From Bacteroidota bacterium (GTDB taxonomy: Bacteria > Bacteroidota > Bacteroidia > Bacteroidales > GCA-2748055), in assembly GCA_039714775.1 (NCBI GenBank), contig JBDLIQ010000004.1, positions 20 to 64,019 of the forward strand: a stretch of 64,000 nt of DNA, written 5' to 3'. Within the stretch, counting starts at the first letter, position 1. Each line of letters opens with the position of its first letter. A program made the translations under genes and the position numbers. Positions 18,156 to 26,646 of the stretch are shown here, piece after piece. The notes beneath the pieces were generated by a model. That model searched no databases. It had not been told where the DNA came from and saw only the letters and a list, made by a program, of their open reading frames with translations.

Positions 18156-18836
18156 CTAAATACCCAGTCTTACAGCTGTACAGAAGTTATACTTGGCTTC
18201 GGGAATATCTATTAATGCACACACTCTAAAGAAATAGTCCTTTCCCTTTTCCATCTTATTAGTTCTAAGCTCTATTGTAAAAACCTCATTCGGATCAACA
18301 ACAGCACCCACATTGGCTCCCTGTGTGGCTGTACGAATTCCAACTCCAACCGAAGGATTCAGATCTGCCACCAGCATAAGTGATTTAACAGGTTCGGAAG
18401 CAACCTGCTCAAGTTTAAAGGTTGCTATAACCCTACTGCTGTCTGCATTCAATTCCATATGTACATCATTGATCCGAATATATGGAAGCGCCATAAAGGT
18501 ATGCTCTGTCTCTCCACTGATCTCGATTGTTTCTACCGGAACCTCTAAAAAATTTCCACGCACAGGTTGAACCTCATAAGATCCGGAAAACATCAGGTTG
18601 TTGCGGAAGGTGCCATCCGCTTTAAACCTCAATTGTTGAATCTGGGGATTTTCAAACCCAAGCTCAATATAGTCTATCACAGAACCCTGGATCAGGTCCT
18701 GGGGGATCGGCTCGTTGGTATCCATGTCAATGATGCTGCCATAGAATTTGGAATCGGGGGCATCGTAATTGTCCAGTTCACATGCACTGACCAACAGGCT
18801 AAGTATCACGATAATATATAAACCAATTGCTTTCAT
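18156..18836 (-). CDS. DUF3823-like PUL-associated lipoprotein (copy A)
   Basis: The ORF-track start at 18845 is GTG. An ATG at 18836 gives MKAIGLY..., matching the paralog start MKAINLY. Lipoprotein signal LLVSAC is followed by ELDNYDAPDS.FYGSIID, typical of DUF3823 proteins that follow SusD genes. Confidence 0.6.
   Translation of the reverse strand: MKAIGLYIIVILSLLVSACELDNYDAPDSKFYGSIIDMDTNEPIPQDLIQGSVIDYIELGFENPQIQQLRFKADGTFRNNLMFSGSYEVQPVRGNFLEVPVETIEISGETEHTFMALPYIRINDVHMELNADSSRVIATFKLEQVASEPVKSLMLVADLNPSVGVGIRTATQGANVGAVVDPNEVFTIELRTNKMEKGKDYFFRVCALIDIPEAKYNFCTAVRLGI
18517..18710. repeat. Near-identical tract shared with 53542-53735 (194 nt, 1 mismatch)
   Basis: Character-by-character comparison shows 18517-18644 identical to 53542-53669 (128 nt). 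There is one mismatch at 18645/53670. Then 18646-18710 is identical to 53671-53735 (65 nt). Confidence 0.95.
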
Positions 18837-18854
18837 TTTAGTCACGGTTATGAA

Positions 18855-20750
18855 TTAATACTGGGGATTTTGAGTTAAACCATTGGTTGCTATTCCCGGA
18901 ATGATTTTATAATAGTACTTCTCAAGGAAGGTATTAGGTACCGCATTAAATACATATTTTCTTATAAAAATGTATTTCATGGTTCTCAGATCAAGAACCG
19001 GTACAAGAGAATGCCTGATGGTATTATAAAACAGGGTATGATACTCCCTCCTCCTGGTCAGGTCCCAGTACCTCTTATTTTCAAAAACAAGCTCAACTCT
19101 TCTCTCTCTCATCACGTTTTCAAAAGTGAAGGGGATGTCTGATTGATGTGCAGCCCTGTGGCGCAGGGAGTTTATTCCCTTTGATGCCAGGGTGGCATCA
19201 CCGGAACCACTTTCTATTACAGCTTCAGCATGGTTCAGGATCACCTCTGCCAGTCTGAAGTCGATATAATCGGTGGTCGATTGATTCATGAGTTGGGATG
19301 GTACAAACTCTGAATCGAGGAATTTCTTAAAACCGAATCCGCTCCTGGTCATATTGTATCCGGTTGTACCAAATCCAGAGTAGAAGCCGGCACTGGATGC
19401 ACCATAGGTATAGTACATGGTTCCATCCACGTCGATGGAGGCATCTGCTTCAATGACGGCCGTTCCGTCGGGTTGGATATATCCGCCCTGGATGATAATC
19501 TCTGTATCTTTCCAGATGGACATGGGCAGGATGACAGTAGCACTTAACCTTGCATCCTTGCCGGTAAAGATGTCCAGGGGATGATCAAACTCAAGATAGC
19601 TCCTTGAGGGATCATAACCATCGTAGTTGTCCACGTCGCCATCGACCGTGGTCACGATGGGAGCACTTTGCCCCGGATCTGCATAATTTTCATACACATC
19701 TGCCAAATCCAGGGTGGGATTGAACCGTCCCGGATGGGGCCATGACCCTTTGGTCTGGTTGGGATTGCCCCAGTTGTCCTGGTTACTCCCCATTTCATCA
19801 CCGGGAATATTAAACCCCTTCATAAAGATTACCTCGCAAAGTGCACGGTTGGGATTTTCAAACATCTGCCTGTAGTTCTCACTTGCCTCTTCCGGAGTCG
19901 ACGGAGTAGGTTCATAAAGCGAGAATGGGCCTGTATTGATGAGCTCTTCTGATGCACTGATACATGCTGCGTAATAGCGATCAGCTTCAGAAGCTTCCAT
20001 TCCTACCAACCCTGCATCGACAGCTGCTCCTGAAAGGGGAGCCTGGTTCCAGTATTTAGCAACAGAAGCAGCATGGAGGGCAGCCCTTGATTTCAGGGCC
20101 AATGCAGCCCATTTAGTAGCTCTTTTCCGGGCCCCGTCACCTTCTCCCAGATAGAGGGCAGCCGTGTCACAGGCAGACAACACAAAATCCCATGTCTCTT
20201 TTTCTGTGCTCCTGGGGACATGAAGACCCTCAGTTCCTTCATTGATATCGGCAATCTCTGTAATAATCGGAACACCACCGAATCTTTTGGCCAGGCCATA
20301 GTAGCCGTATGCCCGCAGAAACCAGGCTTCACCTTTCATTGCATCCTTGCTCTCCTGGTCAGTATCCAATTGGGGAATGATATCAATCAGGAGATTGACA
20401 TCCTTGTTAAATTTATATCCACGTTCCCACCAGGAAGCGTAATCAAGACCACCCCAGCCTACAACTACCTGGTGCTGTGAACCCACCGCATCATCGTGCA
20501 TAATATATGGATAGAACCCTGCATTATTGGGCCAGGGAGGATTCCAGCTAAGCCCTTCTGGTGCAACAGAATTGAAGTCCTCAATAGGCGCGTGGGCATA
20601 GAGGTTGGCCATATATGACTGTATTCCCTCCGGACTGGAAAAGAGATCTTCCGCGCTTATTTTGTCTGTGGGTTCAAGTTCTAAGAAGTCCTTGCTACAG
20701 CTGATAAAACTTATAGCAGAGATAAATACAATTATTTTGTAAAATTTCAT
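18855..20750 (-). CDS. susD: SusD/RagB-family outer-membrane glycan-binding lipoprotein (copy A)
   Basis: ATG start. Lipoprotein signal ISFISCSKDFLELEPTDKISAEDLF. The length, the position immediately after SusC and the conserved C-terminal ...RRVELVFENKRYWDLTRR motif are typical of SusD homologs. Confidence 0.9.
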   Translation of the reverse strand: MKFYKIIVFISAISFISCSKDFLELEPTDKISAEDLFSSPEGIQSYMANLYAHAPIEDFNSVAPEGLSWNPPWPNNAGFYPYIMHDDAVGSQHQVVVGWGGLDYASWWERGYKFNKDVNLLIDIIPQLDTDQESKDAMKGEAWFLRAYGYYGLAKRFGGVPIITEIADINEGTEGLHVPRSTEKETWDFVLSACDTAALYLGEGDGARKRATKWAALALKSRAALHAASVAKYWNQAPLSGAAVDAGLVGMEASEADRYYAACISASEELINTGPFSLYEPTPSTPEEASENYRQMFENPNRALCEVIFMKGFNIPGDEMGSNQDNWGNPNQTKGSWPHPGRFNPTLDLADVYENYADPGQSAPIVTTVDGDVDNYDGYDPSRSYLEFDHPLDIFTGKDARLSATVILPMSIWKDTEIIIQGGYIQPDGTAVIEADASIDVDGTMYYTYGASSAGFYSGFGTTGYNMTRSGFGFKKFLDSEFVPSQLMNQSTTDYIDFRLAEVILNHAEAVIESGSGDATLASKGINSLRHRAAHQSDIPFTFENVMRERRVELVFENKRYWDLTRRREYHTLFYNTIRHSLVPVLDLRTMKYIFIRKYVFNAVPNTFLEKYYYKIIPGIATNGLTQNPQY

Positions 20751-20760
20751 TTCAATAGCA

Positions 20761-23700
20761 TTAAAAATTAATATTTGCTCCGAGATTAACTGTTCTCAAA
20801 ATAGGGTAGGTCCAGCCTGCTGAGTAGGACCCGCCAATCGACTCAGGATCAAAAGCTTTAATAAATTTATCAGCCAATGTAAAAACATTGTTCACATTCA
20901 CATATACCCTCACATTTTGAATGCCTACTCGCTGAATGGCAGCTCTGTTGAGGCTGTACCCCAGTTCGATATTCTTAAATCGTAAATATGTAGCAGATCG
21001 TCTCCATACATCACTTTCGGCATAAGTCATTCCTACATCTTCCATTGCCATACCGACACGGGAGGCGGGCCACTCTCCGGGAATCCATTCACTTTCCGTA
21101 TTATAGGGGTCTGACCGATGCCAGCGGTCCATAAAGTAGGCCGGGAGGTTCCCCTCGTCCCAGAACATGGTGGAGTAGGCATGTGTATACCGTGCCGTAT
21201 AATTTGCAGCACCCTGAAACAGGAGGTTGAGATCAAAACCTTTCCATGAAACATTGAAGTTCAAACCATAATAGGTCTTTGGGTTTTCGTTGTATGCCAT
21301 GGGACTTGTATCATTGCCATCGATTACCCCGTCACCATTCAGGTCCTCATACCTGAAACTGCCGGGAAGCTCCTTGGAGTTTCCAAGGATCCCGTTCTGA
21401 GGGGGAGCAGACAGGACCTCCTCTTCGGATTGAAACTGACCGGTACTGTTAAACATCCAGACGATATCATTCCATCGGTTGGATGCTCCGGCCCTGTACT
21501 CCTCCCAGCTGCTGGTGTATGAAGCAGATTCAACATACACATTCATCGACCGGGAAAAGTTTACATTTCCGGATACTCCGTAAATAAACTCACCTATCTG
21601 GTTGCTATGGTTGAATGAAAATTCAATCCCCCTCACCCTGTCACTGTTCAGGTTCTCCTGTGGAAGTGTACCTCCAAAAGTATTGGGAATTGTGACATTC
21701 CTGTAAGCGAGCAAACCGGTCCGGTCCCGCTGGTATACATCGGTAACAAAAGAGAGTTTGTTGTTGAAAAAACCCAGGTCAAGTCCAATGTCTTTGATCT
21801 CGGATTCCATCCATGTCAGGTCTTTGTTTACAATGGAGGGAGAGGCTGCTCCGATGGTATATTTTCCCTCGGTAAACTCCCATACATCACCCCCGGAAGT
21901 TGAGAAAGCCTGGACATACTGGAATGGGGCTCCCGCATCCTGACCAATAATCCCATAGGATCCCCTGATTTTTATGTTAGAGATCCACGAGATGTTGTCC
22001 CTGATAAAGCCCTCTTCAGAAATTCTCCATCCACCTGAAAGAACCGGAAAGAACCCCCATCTCTGATCGGGATGATATCGATATGAACCGTCATATCTGC
22101 CCGCAAACTCGATAAGGTATTTACCCAGGTAGTTATAGTTTAATCGTCCCAGGTAGGAGAGGTTCCTGACCTGCCATTCATTTCCGTTTGAAGCAGCATT
22201 CTCTTCTCCGGCCTGATCAATCTGGGCATTGGTGAAGAATTCATAGAATTTATTGATCCCTGCAACCCTTCCTGTCTCTTCTCTTCTTTCAAATACAAGC
22301 GTTGCCCCGATATTGTGTTTCTCTGCAATGGAGGTCTTGTAAATCCCCTGTACCTGTAGTGTGACCATGTTGGAGTTGCTGAATAGATTGTAGATGGAGG
22401 AGGGTGCATTAAAAGTGGTTGACATGTAAGTGTCGTCTTCTGCCCTGTAATCATACAGGTCATAATTCGTCCTAATCCCCTTACTTTGATGAAACCTCGG
22501 ATCATAGGCACCCACAGCCTTAAACTCCAGTCCCTCGATAAATGGAACCTTATAGCTTAAGTCAAAAGAGGTTTGAAATACCCGGTCCTCATTGATTGTA
22601 TATCCGGCCAGATCACTCTGTGCAATGGCTACCGGATTCATGGCCTGTCCATCCTGAACCCTGTGCAGGTATTCGGAATTGTCATTGGCATAGACCGGGT
22701 GAATGGGCAAAATGGAGACGGTTCCCCTCCAGATGTTAAAGATTCCGTCAACGGGAGAATTTCGCGTATCGGTAAAGCCGGAGATACTGATATTTGCCGT
22801 AAGGTTCTCTGTCAGTTTGGCTGATAGGTTGGTTCGGAAGTTGAATTTTTTATAATTGATATCACCACTCTGAAGCAAACCACCATCTTTCACTATCCCT
22901 ACATTAACATAGTAGGAGACCAATTCTGAACCACCCTCGGCTGATAAACTGTGCTCCTGTCGCATGGAACGTTTCAACAAGGTCTCTTCAGCCCAATTTG
23001 TGCTTTCGTAACCGGTTCCGCCCGCTTTCCAGTTGGCAAGCTCTTCCTGGGAGATATAGGGTTCCATTCCTATATTCACATTTGCATCATTGCGCATTTC
23101 ATAATACTGGGCGGCATTGGCCATCTCCGGAATATCCGTAGGAGATGAGAAACCTGTGGTCGTGCTGAATACGAACTTTGTTTTTCCCTCTGCACCTTTT
23201 TTGGTGCTTACAATGATGACACCGTTGGCAGCATTCAGACCATAAATAGCTGCTGATGCGTCCTTAAGCACAGAAATACTTTCGATATCATCTGCATTGA
23301 GCCTTTGAAAATCAGCTGATCCTGACCTTACGATTCCGTCTATGACGAAAAGGGGTTCCCCAAATCCACGGATGTTGATGGCGTTTGAGAAGGCTCCCGG
23401 TTCACCCGTATTTTGACGAATATTCAGTCCGGATACCTTTCCGGAGAGTTTTTGGGCCAGGCTGGTTGCCGTGGTAGTTGTAATCTCATCGTCATCCACA
23501 GTGGAGATGGCACCGGTCAGGCTTTTTTTCTTCTGGTATCCATAGCCAACGGCAACGACCTCTTCCAATCCGATCGCCTCTACCTCCATGATGATATTAA
23601 TATCGGTTCTTCCGTTAATATCAACTTCCATGGTTTTCATCCCCACAAAAGAAGCTTCCAGGGTGCTTGCCTCCGGACTTACAGTAATGGAATAGGATCC

Positions 23701-23904
23701 ATTGACGTCGGTGATGCTCCCCGTACCCGGATCGCCTTTTACAGTCACTGTCACACCTGGCAAAGGACCACTATGATCCGTTATGATACCACTAATTTCA
23801 TGATCTTGTGCTGTTTGCGCAAGCACAGATAAAAAACTCATTTGCAAAAGCAGGAAAACCATTGTTAACAATGGGATTTTCATGCTGAAACTAGTTTTAT
23901 CCAT
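20761..23904 (-). CDS. susC: SusC/RagA-family TonB-dependent outer-membrane transporter (copy A)
   Basis: The ORF-track start at 23931 is TTG. An ATG at 23904 gives MDKTSFSMKIPLL..., as in the paralog (an alternative ATG lies at 23883). It has a carboxypeptidase-regulatory-like domain (ISGIITDHSGPLPGVTVTVKG), a plug region (NIRGFGEPLFVIDGI) and a terminal ...LGANINF. I see no STN domain. Confidence 0.9.
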   Translation of the reverse strand: MDKTSFSMKIPLLTMVFLLLQMSFLSVLAQTAQDHEISGIITDHSGPLPGVTVTVKGDPGTGSITDVNGSYSITVSPEASTLEASFVGMKTMEVDINGRTDINIIMEVEAIGLEEVVAVGYGYQKKKSLTGAISTVDDDEITTTTATSLAQKLSGKVSGLNIRQNTGEPGAFSNAINIRGFGEPLFVIDGIVRSGSADFQRLNADDIESISVLKDASAAIYGLNAANGVIIVSTKKGAEGKTKFVFSTTTGFSSPTDIPEMANAAQYYEMRNDANVNIGMEPYISQEELANWKAGGTGYESTNWAEETLLKRSMRQEHSLSAEGGSELVSYYVNVGIVKDGGLLQSGDINYKKFNFRTNLSAKLTENLTANISISGFTDTRNSPVDGIFNIWRGTVSILPIHPVYANDNSEYLHRVQDGQAMNPVAIAQSDLAGYTINEDRVFQTSFDLSYKVPFIEGLEFKAVGAYDPRFHQSKGIRTNYDLYDYRAEDDTYMSTTFNAPSSIYNLFSNSNMVTLQVQGIYKTSIAEKHNIGATLVFERREETGRVAGINKFYEFFTNAQIDQAGEENAASNGNEWQVRNLSYLGRLNYNYLGKYLIEFAGRYDGSYRYHPDQRWGFFPVLSGGWRISEEGFIRDNISWISNIKIRGSYGIIGQDAGAPFQYVQAFSTSGGDVWEFTEGKYTIGAASPSIVNKDLTWMESEIKDIGLDLGFFNNKLSFVTDVYQRDRTGLLAYRNVTIPNTFGGTLPQENLNSDRVRGIEFSFNHSNQIGEFIYGVSGNVNFSRSMNVYVESASYTSSWEEYRAGASNRWNDIVWMFNSTGQFQSEEEVLSAPPQNGILGNSKELPGSFRYEDLNGDGVIDGNDTSPMAYNENPKTYYGLNFNVSWKGFDLNLLFQGAANYTARYTHAYSTMFWDEGNLPAYFMDRWHRSDPYNTESEWIPGEWPASRVGMAMEDVGMTYAESDVWRRSATYLRFKNIELGYSLNRAAIQRVGIQNVRVYVNVNNVFTLADKFIKAFDPESIGGSYSAGWTYPILRTVNLGANINF

Positions 23905-24077
23905 CTCTTTCAGTTTGAGGTTAGAAATCAATTGTAGTTTTAGTAAAACTAAAAAACTAAGATATACCTACCTGCTTAACAGAAGAGTTAACAACAGAAT
24001 TAATGAAAGAATAATATCCACAAATTCTTATTGCTGCAGGTAACTTCGTGCTGGTTGAAAAGATGGCTCTGAAGCGA

Positions 24078-26600
24078 CTAATTGACATTCCCGGAATCCT
24101 CAATTACCTGATTAAAGGTTTTGGGGAAATTCTCGGCATAAAGCGTTTTGTACTCTTTTGTAAATATTGTGAATGCATCATTAGCAAGGCTATGTTTTCC
24201 CATGGAGGCCAGTATTTTGCATTTGATGGTCATTGCTTCTTCGTTCACCCTGTCAAAACAGAATACAGAATTAGCAAGGTGAATTATAAAATCGGGGGCC
24301 TCCTTCCTGGCATTGACCGCTACATATCCGAGGATCCCATCGATAATCTCATTGGACAACTCCGCTTTGAAATCATCCAGCCAGTCCGCATTAATATTTG
24401 AAAGGGCAGGTCCCTTCTGAATAATGCTTAAAAGCCGCTTCATATCATTTTGTGACCAGCTTTTATAGTTCCTGGCAAGCTTGAGGTATTCATAATAATC
24501 AATACAATGATCACCATGCTCGAATTCAAATTTCCAGTACCCGGTCTCCTTGGATATATGGCAATTGCCCACATTAAGAAGTAGTGTCCTTAATTTGGCC
24601 ATATTGACTGACCTGTTGTTTTGGGCTGACTGCTCCGATTTGTCAAACCAGAAGATCTCATCTAATGCTTTGGAAGTAACTCCCTTTTCAAAGCGCAGGG
24701 AGTTTAGCATAATGTACAGGAACAGCTCTTTCAGCAAGGGGGTGAATGAACCGGTGATGTTATCACCACGCTTATCGATTACCAGAAAATCACCAAATAT
24801 TTGTATCGACCCTGAATTTCCTGCACTCTTTGTTTTACTGAATGATCCTGAATCTTCCTGCTTATTCTTTCCTCTTTTCATCCATAAAACAACAAGTGTT
24901 ACAACCAGGATTGCAATGGCGATATATATATATCGCAGTGATAAAGAACGGTTTATGTGTGAGTGGGTCGCATTAGCGAATTCCACTGGCGGATAGGCAA
25001 TCTCGTGGATGGAGAGACTGGTGTTTTGTTCATCAAAAAAGGATGTGACTGAAATCAGCTTCTGCTCCTTCTTGTTATAAAAAAGATCAATGGTGGATTT
25101 GATGTCCAAAAACTGAAACGTAAAGGTGTCTCCAACATAACGCAAGTTAAAATCGTCGAGGGAGATTGCAACGGCCTGAAGTTTTGGATTTGCTTCGTAT
25201 TTGGAAAACTTCAATCCATACAGGATATTGGAGGCCGTATCAATATGGAGCGAATTGGAGAAACAGAAATCATCTGATCGCTTATCAAACTCAGCAAGGG
25301 TAGTGAAACAATTCTTTTCGAAGGAATATGCTATCAGGTCATAATAGTAGCCCGGGTTCAATGCCTGGTCACTGGTTTTACTCCCATATCCCCCAAGGAT
25401 GTATGCACTTTTTTTTCCAGGATGGTATCCAAGTCCGGCCAGGTACCTGGGGTAAAAGGTACCCGAATAGGCGACCGTGTCCCATGTACTCAATGTGTCA
25501 TTATAACAGTATACAGAGTTGAAATACTTATAATGTCCATATCCTCCGAACATAAACAGTTGATTTTTTTTGGGGAAGATGATACTGTTATGGTTCCTGT
25601 ATATTGCTTCGTGTTTCGGAAAATGGAAAACTATGGTATCGAATTCGATTTCAGGAAGGGGGACTTTTGTGTTACTGTCAAACAGGTAACAGAAGACTTG
25701 ATTGCTTTTGGGTTCAATGATTAATCGAAAGTTAGAGTTTTTTTCAAAACGGATTGGGGAGGGAGTACCAGATATTTTACCCGTGCCAGGATTGTACCTG
25801 AGTAATGAATCGCTTGTCATCAGGACCAGTTCATTGGCTTCCTGGTTGTAAACGTATCTAATTCTATCTCTCATTATAAAAGAGTGGTTCAGGGTCCATT
25901 GTGAATGAAGGTTTTTGATCCAGATGGGATGGCTTACAAGCCCGTGGTTGCCCGATTTCTGATCGATCACATCTTCTCCGCTTACCTGGTCAAGGGTCCA
26001 GTGATGGATGGTCTTGTTTCTCTTTTTGATTTTTATGGAACGGATATTCATGGCAGGTACGTCGGTGGCGCTGAATCTCTCGAAACGATGGGCACCAAAC
26101 AACAATTTAAGCGCTGCCTTTTTTCCTGAAACCTCAATATGGTCGGTAAATATCGTGTCGCCCACAGAGAGTAAAAGTTCCTGGTTTTTCAGATCTATTT
26201 TCATCTTCACGGTGATCCAATCAGAGGTGATCTCTTCCAGGGGCAGGTGAAAAGAGATCTTGTGGATCGGTTCTCCTGAAACCAGATGAAAGTTATCCGG
26301 ATTGTCACTAAACTGATTAAAGATCAGATCGTAATTCTTTCCGTTTACAATGGCACGAAAAATATAGCCGAAGTAATACTTCTGGTTGGGTTCAATCCGC
26401 AAATCAAAACTCAATTCAAATTCTGAGCCCGGGTGAATTGGCCTTCCGGGTGTCAGATCCAAACCGGTTCGCTGATCAAGAGGAGCTTCAGAGCCCTTAA
26501 AATGAAGCCCGGTGTGATCTTGCCCGAAATCATCTTGCGCGATGAAAAGGAATATCGCTGAGAATATAATGGTATATATATGATGCAACAGACTTGTCAT
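24078..26600 (-). CDS. Single-pass membrane regulator: exported LamG-like + Kelch/beta-propeller-like sensor, TM helix, cytoplasmic SARP-like winged-helix + BTAD domain (copy A)
   Basis: ATGs occur at 26621 and 26600; the latter aligns with the paralog start. The N-terminal hydrophobic signal is IYTIIFSAIFLFIAQ. Repeats such as LFMFGGYGHYKYFNSVY and AYILGGYGSKT look Kelch-like. The TM helix YIYIAIAILVVTLVVLWM lies at about 24881-24934. The C-terminal ~265 aa read IQIFGDFLVIDKRGDNITGSFTPLLKELFLYIMLN...ALDEIFW...NNRSVNMAKLRTLL...GYWKFEF...DWLDDFKAEL...EEAMTIKCKILASMGKHSLANDAFTIFTKEY, which matches the SARP/BTAD layout. Confidence 0.65.
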   Translation of the reverse strand: MTSLLHHIYTIIFSAIFLFIAQDDFGQDHTGLHFKGSEAPLDQRTGLDLTPGRPIHPGSEFELSFDLRIEPNQKYYFGYIFRAIVNGKNYDLIFNQFSDNPDNFHLVSGEPIHKISFHLPLEEITSDWITVKMKIDLKNQELLLSVGDTIFTDHIEVSGKKAALKLLFGAHRFERFSATDVPAMNIRSIKIKKRNKTIHHWTLDQVSGEDVIDQKSGNHGLVSHPIWIKNLHSQWTLNHSFIMRDRIRYVYNQEANELVLMTSDSLLRYNPGTGKISGTPSPIRFEKNSNFRLIIEPKSNQVFCYLFDSNTKVPLPEIEFDTIVFHFPKHEAIYRNHNSIIFPKKNQLFMFGGYGHYKYFNSVYCYNDTLSTWDTVAYSGTFYPRYLAGLGYHPGKKSAYILGGYGSKTSDQALNPGYYYDLIAYSFEKNCFTTLAEFDKRSDDFCFSNSLHIDTASNILYGLKFSKYEANPKLQAVAISLDDFNLRYVGDTFTFQFLDIKSTIDLFYNKKEQKLISVTSFFDEQNTSLSIHEIAYPPVEFANATHSHINRSLSLRYIYIAIAILVVTLVVLWMKRGKNKQEDSGSFSKTKSAGNSGSIQIFGDFLVIDKRGDNITGSFTPLLKELFLYIMLNSLRFEKGVTSKALDEIFWFDKSEQSAQNNRSVNMAKLRTLLLNVGNCHISKETGYWKFEFEHGDHCIDYYEYLKLARNYKSWSQNDMKRLLSIIQKGPALSNINADWLDDFKAELSNEIIDGILGYVAVNARKEAPDFIIHLANSVFCFDRVNEEAMTIKCKILASMGKHSLANDAFTIFTKEYKTLYAENFPKTFNQVIEDSGNVN

Positions 26601-26646
26601 ATGAGAATCAAATATAGCCATTAGTTTACCAACATCTTCAAGAGGG

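Noticed and set aside
23951-23979. Conserved block upstream of both SusC genes (23951-23979 against 58970-58998, containing TAG.TTTT, a 7/8 match to the TAnnTTTG -7 box) considered as a special shared regulatory motif.
   Set aside because: On closer alignment the whole ~120-bp leader is homologous between the two cores at about the same level as the coding sequence. The block is therefore explained by the duplication itself. It may well include the promoter, but there is no extra conservation to single it out.
23978-23999. Direct heptamer AACAGAA repeated at 15-bp spacing upstream of SusC-A, considered as SARP-type direct-repeat binding sites.
   Set aside because: A single 7-mer repeat within a ~170-bp AT-rich region is expected by chance about as often as not. 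It is not evidently conserved in the core-B leader.
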